A stretch of DNA of 64,000 bases from assembly GCA_964550435.1 (NCBI GenBank), contig CAZJZI010000005.1, forward strand, positions 10,713 to 74,712, in the 5' to 3' direction. A program made the position numbers and the translations under genes. The notes below the pieces were generated by a model, which saw nothing but the letters and a program-made list of their open reading frames with translations, was not told the DNA's origin and searched no databases. This document shows, piece after piece, positions 1 to 8,313 of the stretch; the first letter of the stretch is position 1, and each line of letters opens with the position of its first letter. The DNA is from an uncultured Chitinophagales bacterium (GTDB taxonomy: Bacteria; Bacteroidota; Rhodothermia; Balneolales; HLUCCA01).

Positions 1-1
1 G

Positions 2-2401
2 TATCTCTTTTCACCAGACCTTGCCCGATCGAATCATGGTCTCACACCACCTGGATTCCGGGAGGGGATAGCGGTTCACGCCGAAACTGAGTTACAATCC
101 GGCGTAGCCGGTCGCGGGAATTTTGCCCCCTTCACGAATCCATTTTATGCGAACCTGAGTTCAACTAACCCCTGGAATCTGAGTCAACTGCTTACTCCCT
201 CACCCATTTCACGACCACAGGACCGTTTTTACGTCGGAGGATACCAATTTTCAGACTGGCTTATGCGAACTCACGACTCGACGCTTGTCCGTAAGTCCCT
301 GCATCGTTTCGCTACTTTTCCATACATCGGATATGCCCCATACTTATGGCACGCCACAGGAAAATCGATGAGAAAATTATATAACGAGTTTGCTGACGAT
401 GCTGCTAATCGATTAAACATCCTTCACACTGACAGGGACTCGCTTTCGCTCAAATCTTTCCCACATCAAAAAGGGGATGGGGATTTCATGTTTGCTCCAG
501 TTTGGATGGATGATCAAAACATACTCTTTTATGGCTCCTGGTTTAATTTGGCTTCAGGATTCTACTCATTAGACACTCAAAATGGGCAATTCACGCGTAT
601 TTTCGAGACCAGAATTGATGAAAACTATCGTTTTGATATCAGTAGTGACCGAAAATCCATTTTATATTCGCGTTACCAGCCTCATCCCACACACTCTGCG
701 CGATTTATAACCGATATTTTTGAATTGAGTTTGGACTCAAATTCAGAGAAAAGAATTACAGATAATCAACGTGTTCGCTCTCCGCTTTACCAATCCGAAA
801 CGACTATCTTCGCTCTGGCTACCATCCAATCCACACATCTTCCTGTTACTATTGAAAAATCCACCGGTGAAGTAAATCCATGGGTGATTCTTTCTCCATC
901 TCCAGAAACCGATTTAATCACTGTCACTGATTGGGCATTGAGTCCAGACAAAAGTCAGATGGCAATCATTGTAGTCATCAATGAGCAACAAGGGATATGG
1001 ATCCAGTCCATATCAGAGCTCATGACCCTGGACCTCACGCGCCAGCCCAATGTCCACCTCCCCAACACCACACTACAAAACCCAACCTGGGCACCTGACG
1101 CCACACTCTGGTTCTCCTCGGGACAATCCGGTATTCAACAAATCTACCAATACAATCCCAAAACCATATCCCTTTCCCAGCGAACCAACCACCTCTGGAA
1201 TCTCACATTCCCGGCTTTATCACCCGACGGATCAACCCTGAGCGTCGTCACCCAGTCGCAAAACAATCGCATCCTCGCCACCATCCCAACCACCTCCCTC
1301 AACTCACTCCCCATTTCAACACCAACCAGGCAACTCCCAGTCCTTACTGCGTCCCCCATTCCATCATACGATCTAACCCCGACCCGCTACCGGACCGGTG
1401 CTGCCTGGCTCAAGCCCCGAACCGTTCTTCCTTGGACAACAGAGCTCAATTCAGACGGCGATCTAGCATACGGTATTAGTCTTCACAGTTCCGATGTGCT
1501 ACGTCAAAATGCGTATCAGGCTGACATCCTGTACGGTAACGAAACCTTGTTTTATGATCTGAACTATCGATACTCCGGATTCACACCGATGCTTTTGATC
1601 CGTGCGATGCAATCTCCTTATGATCCTGGAAATCCGACGGATCGAAAGAACATTCGATTCTTTGGTATCGAACGGGAATACGGTTTGGGATTCATATACC
1701 AGCACCTGATTGACCACCGAAATACCGCGAACAGTTTCTATGTCCAACCAGAGTTACTGTACCGAACATCACAAATAGTGGTAGAAGATGACCAAATCAG
1801 TGAGAATAATCAGACTACTCCATGGATAGGTTCTATCAGAGCCCGAGTATACTCCTCTTTCAATTATCGCTTGAGATCAAATATCAGGTCGGTAACTCCG
1901 GTTACCGGAGCACAACTTTTTGCTCAAATTGACCAGGATTTGACCATGATTGAGTCTGACAGATCCGAATTCTCAGGACTCAGATTAGGTGGTTTCACCT
2001 ATTTCCAACCAATAAAATCATGGAATCAAACACTTAGATTAGGGGTTCAATCCGTTTGGCAAAATCGACGTGGGTATAACACATTATCTTTAATACACGA
2101 TGGTTTTGACGATATGATTTCTGTTCCACAAGACTTTGTTTCAGTTTCTACCCGTTACACGATTCCACTTGGACATCCCGACTCCGGCAGTATCCTTATT
2201 CCCGCTTTTCTGGAGCGCTACTATCTTTCTTTATTCTCTGAAACCATCATAAATCACGATTTTTCCACTTTCAACTCAGTAATTGGAGCAGGATTACGCT
2301 CAAGAATCCGCATATTCTACAATTTAACCCTGGATATCGGCGTTGGAGTTGCAATTCAGCCAGGAAAATCCGGTTCGGAAACGATTGTCTTCGATTTTTG
2401 A
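2..2401 (+). CDS. Outer-membrane-type protein with TolB/PD40-like beta-propeller repeats; 5' end probably outside the window
   Basis: Frame 2 has no stop from nt 2 up to the listed ATG at 263, so the ORF likely starts upstream. PD40-like motifs are present (LSPDKSQMA, ALSPDGSTLSVV). The C-terminal half is rich in alternating aromatic/polar strands and ends ...IVFDF (terminal Phe, typical of OM beta-barrels). Confidence 0.5.
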   Translation, partial: YLFSPDLARSNHGLTPPGFREGIAVHAETELQSGVAGRGNFAPFTNPFYANLSSTNPWNLSQLLTPSPISRPQDRFYVGGYQFSDWLMRTHDSTLVRKSLHRFATFPYIGYAPYLWHATGKSMRKLYNEFADDAANRLNILHTDRDSLSLKSFPHQKGDGDFMFAPVWMDDQNILFYGSWFNLASGFYSLDTQNGQFTRIFETRIDENYRFDISSDRKSILYSRYQPHPTHSARFITDIFELSLDSNSEKRITDNQRVRSPLYQSETTIFALATIQSTHLPVTIEKSTGEVNPWVILSPSPETDLITVTDWALSPDKSQMAIIVVINEQQGIWIQSISELMTLDLTRQPNVHLPNTTLQNPTWAPDATLWFSSGQSGIQQIYQYNPKTISLSQRTNHLWNLTFPALSPDGSTLSVVTQSQNNRILATIPTTSLNSLPISTPTRQLPVLTASPIPSYDLTPTRYRTGAAWLKPRTVLPWTTELNSDGDLAYGISLHSSDVLRQNAYQADILYGNETLFYDLNYRYSGFTPMLLIRAMQSPYDPGNPTDRKNIRFFGIEREYGLGFIYQHLIDHRNTANSFYVQPELLYRTSQIVVEDDQISENNQTTPWIGSIRARVYSSFNYRLRSNIRSVTPVTGAQLFAQIDQDLTMIESDRSEFSGLRLGGFTYFQPIKSWNQTLRLGVQSVWQNRRGYNTLSLIHDGFDDMISVPQDFVSVSTRYTIPLGHPDSGSILIPAFLERYYLSLFSETIINHDFSTFNSVIGAGLRSRIRIFYNLTLDIGVGVAIQPGKSGSETIVFDF

Positions 2402-2438
2402 TTACATTATGATATAAACTCTAACCAACTTCACAGCT

Positions 2439-2981
2439 ATGAAAACTTCTCTGATTTCTCTGTTTACTCTTTTAATCGTGCTGGTAGCAAGCACGAGTGA
2501 TGTACTTGCACAGCAGGTCCCAAACCCGCGTGTGAGCCCAACCATGATCTCAGCAACTACTGTTGATGACGCGTATCTCAAAGTTGTTTATGGGATGCCT
2601 TTCAAACGTGATCGTGTTGTATTTGGTGAGCTGGTTCCTTACGGTCAAGTATGGCGTACCGGTGCTAATGAAGCAACTGAAATTACCTTGACCAAGGACA
2701 TGGTTTTCCATAATACTGAAATCCCAGCTGGCCACTACTCTTTGTTTAGCATCCCAAACGAAAACGAATGGACAATCATTTTTAATCGTGAGTTAGGTCT
2801 CTGGGGCGCGTTCAACTACAAAGAAGAGCACGATGTAGCACGTTTTACTGTCCCGGTAGAAAATCTTGATGATACCTGGGAAGCTTTCCGTATTCTTGTT
2901 GTAAACGAAGATGGAACGCAAGCTATTCAAATGCGCTGGGATAAAACCGGCGTTACAATACCTTTTCGTGTTAATTCCTGA
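2439..2981 (+). CDS. Secreted DUF2911-family protein
   Basis: Signal peptide MKTSLISLFTLLIVLVASTSDVLAQQ. Motifs VVYGMPFKRDRVVFGELVPYGQVWRTGANEATEITL and AGHYSLF are typical of DUF2911. Confidence 0.6.
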   Translation: MKTSLISLFTLLIVLVASTSDVLAQQVPNPRVSPTMISATTVDDAYLKVVYGMPFKRDRVVFGELVPYGQVWRTGANEATEITLTKDMVFHNTEIPAGHYSLFSIPNENEWTIIFNRELGLWGAFNYKEEHDVARFTVPVENLDDTWEAFRILVVNEDGTQAIQMRWDKTGVTIPFRVNS

Positions 2982-3007
2982 TTAGCGGTTTAAAACTGAT
3001 TTAAACT

Positions 3008-3039
3008 AAAAAAGCGGGGTTTAACACTCCGCTTTTTTT
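3008..3039. terminator. Bidirectional intrinsic terminator between convergent genes
   Basis: A6 + GCGGGG (3014-3019) / CTCCGC (3027-3032) stem with one G-U pair and a 7-nt loop, followed by T7. Confidence 0.6.
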
Positions 3040-3065
3040 ATTTATAAAAAACAGATTTTATAAAC

Positions 3066-3437
3066 TTAATCGAATTGTTTCTCCCAGGGAACCATGTTAC
3101 GAACTTTTTCGAGTAACTCTTCGGGAACATCCAACTCCATTTTCAATACTTGCATAGCATGGGTTTTTCCCTGGGCATCCAGTTTCAGAGAAACTGTTCC
3201 ACCACCACCAAGACTATCATTTAATATGAAATTGAGTGCTCCAATATTTGGGAGTTCATAGCGTTCAACTGGACCTTTACACACATATTTCATGTGTTCT
3301 TTAACTACTTCTGGAGTTAATACTTGCTTTAAAAATAGATAAACATCAGGATGACGGGCAATGATACCAACGTTACTTGCATTTCCTTTATCGCCACTAC
3401 GTCCGTGCGCTATTTCAATAAGCCTCACTCGTGCCAT
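3066..3437 (-). CDS. Stand-alone AtuA-C-terminal-like (ferredoxin-fold) domain protein
   Basis: N-terminus RLIEIAHGRSGDKGNASNVGIIAR and LPNIGALNFIL resemble the C-terminal domain of AtuA/DUF1446 proteins. It starts 2 nt after the purM stop, so it is probably co-transcribed. Confidence 0.45.
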   Translation of the reverse strand: MARVRLIEIAHGRSGDKGNASNVGIIARHPDVYLFLKQVLTPEVVKEHMKYVCKGPVERYELPNIGALNFILNDSLGGGGTVSLKLDAQGKTHAMQVLKMELDVPEELLEKVRNMVPWEKQFD

Positions 3438-3439
3438 AG

Positions 3440-4444
3440 TTATATTATTTTTCCAATTTGAATTAGTTTCTCATCATTCTCAACTGCCCAACTTTGAATA
3501 GACTTTGAAGCATCAGGTGATGCTATAATTACAAGTCCAACACCCAGATTCATAGACAGACGCATATCATCTTCAGGGACGTTACCAAGTTGCTGAATCA
3601 ATTGAAAAATTGCGGGACGATCCCAACTTGAATAGTCCACATCCATTTTTAGTCCGCCATGCAGAACTCGTTTTGTATTTCCTTCTATTCCACCACCTGT
3701 AATATGTGAAAATGCATTTACGCCTGGGATGGATTTGAGTCCTCTGATTACAGATAAATATGATCTGTGCACCGCTAGTAATGCTTCTCCAACACTTTTT
3801 CCATCAAGCTCATCTGGTCTATCATTCACATCATAACTATTAAATAACACCTTGCGTGCCAATGAGTATCCGTTAGTATGAAGACCAGTACTAGGAACTC
3901 CCCACATGATATCTCCGGATTTTACTTTTGTACCGTCGATGATTGCGTCACGATCTACAACTCCAACAATAGTACCAGCAAGGTCAAATTCTCCATCTTT
4001 ATAGATATCGGGCATTTCAGCGGTTTCACCACCAACCAGGGCACAACCATTTTCTTTACAAGCAACTGTAAATCCTTTAATTACATCATAAGCGATGTGC
4101 TGTTGAAGTTTTCCCGTTGAAAAATAATCCAGGAAGAAAAGTGGTTCAGCCCCACAAACTGCGATGTCGTTCACGCAATGATTTACCAGATCTTGACCAA
4201 CGGTATCATATTTTTCATGTTTGAAAGCAACAATAAGTTTTGTTCCTACACCATCAACACTGCTCACCAGTACAGGATCTTTCATTGTTGTAAAATCTGG
4301 TCTAAAAAGACCTCCAAATCCACCGATGTTAGCTAAAACCGACGAATTATGGGTTTCTTTGACGATTCCTTTAATAGAATCAACCAGTTCTTCGCCTGCT
4401 TTTACGTCAACTCCGGAATCTTTGTAGGTAAATTGCTTTTGCAT
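3440..4444 (-). CDS. purM: Phosphoribosylformylglycinamidine cyclo-ligase (AIR synthetase)
   Basis: YKDSGVDVKAGEELV N-terminus, DGVGTK, full-length PurM-like 334 aa. Confidence 0.95.
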   Translation of the reverse strand: MQKQFTYKDSGVDVKAGEELVDSIKGIVKETHNSSVLANIGGFGGLFRPDFTTMKDPVLVSSVDGVGTKLIVAFKHEKYDTVGQDLVNHCVNDIAVCGAEPLFFLDYFSTGKLQQHIAYDVIKGFTVACKENGCALVGGETAEMPDIYKDGEFDLAGTIVGVVDRDAIIDGTKVKSGDIMWGVPSTGLHTNGYSLARKVLFNSYDVNDRPDELDGKSVGEALLAVHRSYLSVIRGLKSIPGVNAFSHITGGGIEGNTKRVLHGGLKMDVDYSSWDRPAIFQLIQQLGNVPEDDMRLSMNLGVGLVIIASPDASKSIQSWAVENDEKLIQIGKII

Positions 4445-4539
4445 GATAGATGAATGAAACGTATCTCGTTTGGGTTGTATAAAGATACAAATATGAGAAG
4501 AGTCTTTTAAGCTTTTAAAAGAATACTTTTCCCCTAAGG

Positions 4540-4916
4540 TTTTCCACAGATGTATTCGAAAAGTAAATATTTTATTTAAATGTTCTCTTAACTATTAGGT
4601 GGTGTGGATATGTGGATAAAAAAGTTATTCAGAGTACTTGTTATATTTGTGGGTGTGTTGTTAATAAAAATGTGGAAAATTTGATTCTATTTTTTAAAGA
4701 CTTTATCAAAATATGAACTACACTTATTAACACTGTCACATATATCATATATGTAGATTTTGACCGATAATCCACATATAAAGTTATCCTGATTTTATGT
4801 GGGTTTCCTTTCATTTTCTGTGGATGAAAATGTATAACTAAATTTGCATTTTGAATTTTGTTCTTGTGAACAAATTATTAACGCAGTTTATCCACTTATC
4901 AACACAGTTATACACA
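4540..4916. promoter_or_regulatory. DnaA-box cluster / candidate oriC in the purM-dtd divergent spacer
   Basis: Nine 9-mers with 0-1 mismatch to TTATCCACA at 4540, 4603, 4611 (perfect, reverse), 4671, 4768, 4819, 4888, 4896 and 4908, flanked by AT-rich tracts. Confidence 0.45.
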
Positions 4917-5356
4917 TGAAAATAGTACTCCAACGTGTCTCCAAGGCGGATGTTAAAGTCGATAAAAAGGTTGTTGGGGCTATAGGATATGGACTGTTGG
5001 TTCTCGTTGGATTTCATACTGATGATACTCAGGAATCAGTTCGATGGATGTGTGATAAAGTTATAAAAATGAGAATATTCCACGATGATGATCAGAAAAT
5101 GAACAGATCGATACAGGATGTGAATGGCGGATTACTTGTTGTTTCACAATTTACATTATATGGTGATGCTCGCAAGGGTAACAGACCGAGTTTCATTGAA
5201 AGTGCTCGCCCGGAAATAGCTATCCCGTTGTATGAATATATGCTCGATTATATAAAGTCTGAATCAAATCTGAAAGTTGAAAGCGGAGAATTTGGTGCGA
5301 TGATGGAGGTATCATTGGTTAATGATGGACCAGTTACTATTCTATTGGAGAAGTAA
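4916..5356 (+). CDS. dtd: D-aminoacyl-tRNA deacylase
   Basis: MKIVLQRVSKADVKV... and SQFTLYGD motifs. I prefer the internal ATG at 4916 (146 aa, canonical length) over the track start at 4844. Confidence 0.9.
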   Translation: MKIVLQRVSKADVKVDKKVVGAIGYGLLVLVGFHTDDTQESVRWMCDKVIKMRIFHDDDQKMNRSIQDVNGGLLVVSQFTLYGDARKGNRPSFIESARPEIAIPLYEYMLDYIKSESNLKVESGEFGAMMEVSLVNDGPVTILLEK

Positions 5357-6249
5357 TGTCTATTCTGTTTCTCTTTGTAGATGGTATTGGAATTGGGGGT
5401 GATTGTACTGATAATCCATTCAGTATGTATGAATGGCCCGGTTTTTCATCCATTACATATGGACAAAAATTAACTCTTAAAGCCCATTTTAATAGTACTT
5501 CCTCACTTGTTTTTAAGGCGATTGATGCCAATTTAGGCGTGGATGGATTACCACAATCCGGAACTGGACAAGCCACTTTGTTCTCTGGACAAAATGCTTC
5601 AAAGATTATAAATAAACATTTTGGTCCTTATCCACATTCCGGAATTAAACATCTTTTGATGAAAGAAAGTCTTTTTCATAAATCCATTGAGATGGGAAAA
5701 AGACCATATTTCATAAATGCATTCCCACAGATATTCTTTGAAAGAGCTCAGGTTAGAAACCGATGGAGTTGTTGTACCTTAATGACTAAAAGTTCTGGTC
5801 TGAAAATCAATTCTGTAGATGAAGTCATTGATGAACAAGCTATTACAGCCGAAATTATTCAGGATTACTGGCGTCAGCATCTGGATTTAAAGATTCCGGC
5901 GATTTCTATATTACAAGCAGCCGAACGCGTTGCTAAAGTAAGTTCAGCTTTTGATTTAACACTAATGGAATACTATTTGACAGACAAAGCAGGTCACGAG
6001 CAAAACATAGATACGGCCTTTAAAGCATTGGAAAGACTCGACACATTCTTAAAGTACTATATTGAGGAGAAACCCGCAGATCAGACGTTAGTTATCTGCA
6101 GTGATCATGGAAATATTGAAGATTTATCAGTTAAAACTCATACTGTTAATCCTGTCCCTTTGATTGTTCACGGACCGAAGGCAGCTTTTTTCACAGATGT
6201 GGAATCTATACAGGATGTGACACCATCGATTCTTCGCAGCCTGGTATAA
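5356..6249 (+). CDS. Alkaline-phosphatase-superfamily metalloenzyme (phosphoglycerate/phosphopentomutase-like)
   Basis: Metal-ligand-like motifs FVDGIGIG, TDKAGHEQ and CSDHGN. The start codon overlaps the dtd stop (TAATG). Confidence 0.55.
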   Translation: MSILFLFVDGIGIGGDCTDNPFSMYEWPGFSSITYGQKLTLKAHFNSTSSLVFKAIDANLGVDGLPQSGTGQATLFSGQNASKIINKHFGPYPHSGIKHLLMKESLFHKSIEMGKRPYFINAFPQIFFERAQVRNRWSCCTLMTKSSGLKINSVDEVIDEQAITAEIIQDYWRQHLDLKIPAISILQAAERVAKVSSAFDLTLMEYYLTDKAGHEQNIDTAFKALERLDTFLKYYIEEKPADQTLVICSDHGNIEDLSVKTHTVNPVPLIVHGPKAAFFTDVESIQDVTPSILRSLV

Positions 6250-6285
6250 AAAAGGTTCGAAATACGCTGTACTCCGAACCTTTTT
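6248..6285. terminator. Bidirectional intrinsic terminator
   Basis: A-run + GGTTCG (6254-6259) / CGAACC (6275-6280) + T5, between convergent genes. Confidence 0.6.
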
Positions 6286-6303
6286 ACTAATTAACGGATC
6301 GAA

Positions 6304-6858
6304 TTATTTAATTGCATCGATTAGGCGCTGCTGAATTTCATCAACAGTCCCGAGTCCATTTACGCTCTTGTACATACCTTTTTTTCGATAGTGCTCCATA
6401 ACGGGTGCAGTTTCTTGTTCATAAACCTTTAAACGCACTTTAATTTTCTCAGGAGTATCATCCTCACGTCCTTGTCCGCGGTTTACCAAACGAGAAACAA
6501 GTTCATTTTCAGGGACTTCCATCGCAATGAATGCATTAACTTTCTCACCACGTTCTTCTAATAAAGCATCAAATGCTTCAGCCTGAGCAACTGTTCGTGG
6601 AAATCCATCGAGGATATACCCATTTTTGAATTCGGGTTTTGCAATGGTCTCCTGAACCATTTCTACAACGACTTCATCCGAAACTAATTTACCAGAATCC
6701 ATGATAGCCTTTACCTTTACTCCCAAAGGAGTTTGGTTCTTAATGGCATTTCGGAACATATCTCCGGTTGAAAGTTGTGGTACACTTAGTGACTCTTCCA
6801 ATAATTTTGCCTGGGTTCCTTTACCAGCACCAGGAGGTCCAAATAATATGATTCGCAT
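6304..6858 (-). CDS. adk: Adenylate kinase (short, no zinc lid)
   Basis: MRIILFGPPGAGKGTQAKLL P-loop and ILDGFPRT motif. Confidence 0.95.
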   Translation of the reverse strand: MRIILFGPPGAGKGTQAKLLEESLSVPQLSTGDMFRNAIKNQTPLGVKVKAIMDSGKLVSDEVVVEMVQETIAKPEFKNGYILDGFPRTVAQAEAFDALLEERGEKVNAFIAMEVPENELVSRLVNRGQGREDDTPEKIKVRLKVYEQETAPVMEHYRKKGMYKSVNGLGTVDEIQQRLIDAIK

Positions 6859-6988
6859 AACTAATGAATGAATGATTAAATACTAATAATGATTATTAAC
6901 AGTAATACCCTATTATTTAAGCGATGGAAGATAAGCATAACCTGAAAAACTTACCCCCATTTCTCTGATTCAATTAATATACCCGACC

Positions 6989-7930
6989 ATGCAAGTAGAC
7001 TCTACTCAAAGTAATACCTCTTCCCCTGATACAACGTCCGTTTTCGACTCAATTGTTGAAAAAGTTGATGTGAATTTATTGCAAGAATTCCGTGATTTAA
7101 TGGAATTAACACTCTTCAAAATTCAAGAGACACCAATTACTATTACATCTATTGTAATGTTTGTGTTGTTCCTTGTCATTTTCAGTGTCGCTGGAAGGGT
7201 TCTAAGCAGACTACTTTTTAAAAAGGCTTTGCAGCGATTGGATATGGATCCTGGCATCAGGTTTACATTGATGAGATTTACCAACTACACCATAGTTTTT
7301 ATAGGGTTAGTAATTTCATTTCAGTTTATAGGAATAGACCTGAGTGGGTTAGCTGTTATATTTGGATTACTCTCTGTTGGTATAGGTTTTGGTCTTCAAA
7401 ACGTCACATCAAACTTCATATCAGGGTTAATTTTGCTGATAGAGAGACCAATAAAAATTGGTGATAGGATTGTCGTCAACGATCAGGAGGGTGATGTATC
7501 TGAAATCAATATGCGTTCTACAACCATTAGATCATTGGATAATATTTCCATAATTGTACCCAACGCAGACTTTATTTCTGGAAGAGTGATAAACTTTTCA
7601 CACGGAGATCCAAGGATCCGTGTAAGGGTAGATGTAGGAGTTTCCTATTCAAGTAATCTTGAACTCGTTTTAAAAACATTGAAGCAGGCAGCTCTTGATC
7701 ATCCGGATATTTTAAAAACTCCTGAACCCATAGTCATATTTAAAGATTTTGGAGAGTCCTCATGGGATTTAGCAGTGGTGGGATGGATTGACAACCCTAA
7801 AGACCATTTAATCATAGCCTCTGATATTAGAATGAATATTGTAAGACTGTTCGACCAGCACAAAATTGAAATTCCTTTTCCTCAAAGAGATATAAACTTC
7901 AGAAACATTCTTTCGTATAAGGAGGAGTGA
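6989..7930 (+). CDS. Mechanosensitive ion channel, MscS family
   Basis: TM helices followed by GLQNVTSNFISGLILLIERPIKIGDRI, the MscS signature region. Confidence 0.85.
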   Translation: MQVDSTQSNTSSPDTTSVFDSIVEKVDVNLLQEFRDLMELTLFKIQETPITITSIVMFVLFLVIFSVAGRVLSRLLFKKALQRLDMDPGIRFTLMRFTNYTIVFIGLVISFQFIGIDLSGLAVIFGLLSVGIGFGLQNVTSNFISGLILLIERPIKIGDRIVVNDQEGDVSEINMRSTTIRSLDNISIIVPNADFISGRVINFSHGDPRIRVRVDVGVSYSSNLELVLKTLKQAALDHPDILKTPEPIVIFKDFGESSWDLAVVGWIDNPKDHLIIASDIRMNIVRLFDQHKIEIPFPQRDINFRNILSYKEE

Positions 7931-8255
7931 ATAACTAAACAATAAAGCGGGAACAAAATCCGTTAAAGTAGTGTTGTTTAGATAAGTTCTTTGATTAATT
8001 GGTATTACATCGCATTCTGAAGAATCGATACTTTTGGCACACAAACAAAAACCGAGCCAAAAATATTGTAAAACGGCGACAAAATTGTAAATGAATGTAA
8101 AATTGTAGCATAAAAATAGTAATCGCATGTAAATGCGATTGAAATCGGCTACAAAACACCGTAAATTAAGGGCGTTGTGATAATTGTTATCCAGTTATCG
8201 TTGTTATCACACAAGATTCTCAAATCACATACATCTATTGACGACTAAGACCCAG

Positions 8256-8290
8256 GACCTCGCTTGTAGAAGGGCGAGGTCTTTTTTTTT
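8256..8290 (+). terminator. Strong + strand intrinsic terminator, about 330 nt downstream of the mscS stop
   Basis: GACCTCGC (8256-8263) / GCGAGGTC (8274-8281) perfect 8-bp stem, 10-nt loop, T9 (8282-8290). On the minus strand no T-run follows the stem. Confidence 0.65.
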
Positions 8291-8313
8291 GTGCGATTTC
8301 TGAAATTACGAAA

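Noticed and set aside
1050-1359. ORFs 1050-1241 (+) and 1144-1359 (-) as overlapping genes
   Set aside because: They exist only because the C-rich island lacks stop triplets. Their P/T/R-rich translations have no start signals, and the main frame carries the family motif.
4844-4915. 24-codon N-terminal extension of dtd given by the ORF track
   Set aside because: Dtd proteins start MKxVxQRV, and the extension (MHFEFCSCEQIINAVYPLINTVIH) is read across DnaA-box-like DNA. The ATG at 4916 gives the canonical 146 aa.
7808-8128. 106-aa minus-strand ORF in the mscS-gdh spacer
   Set aside because: It overlaps the mscS 3' end by about 120 nt and gives a Phe/Leu/Asn-rich translation of AT-rich DNA. 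It has no RBS and sits opposite a + strand terminator, so non-coding RNA or UTR is more likely.
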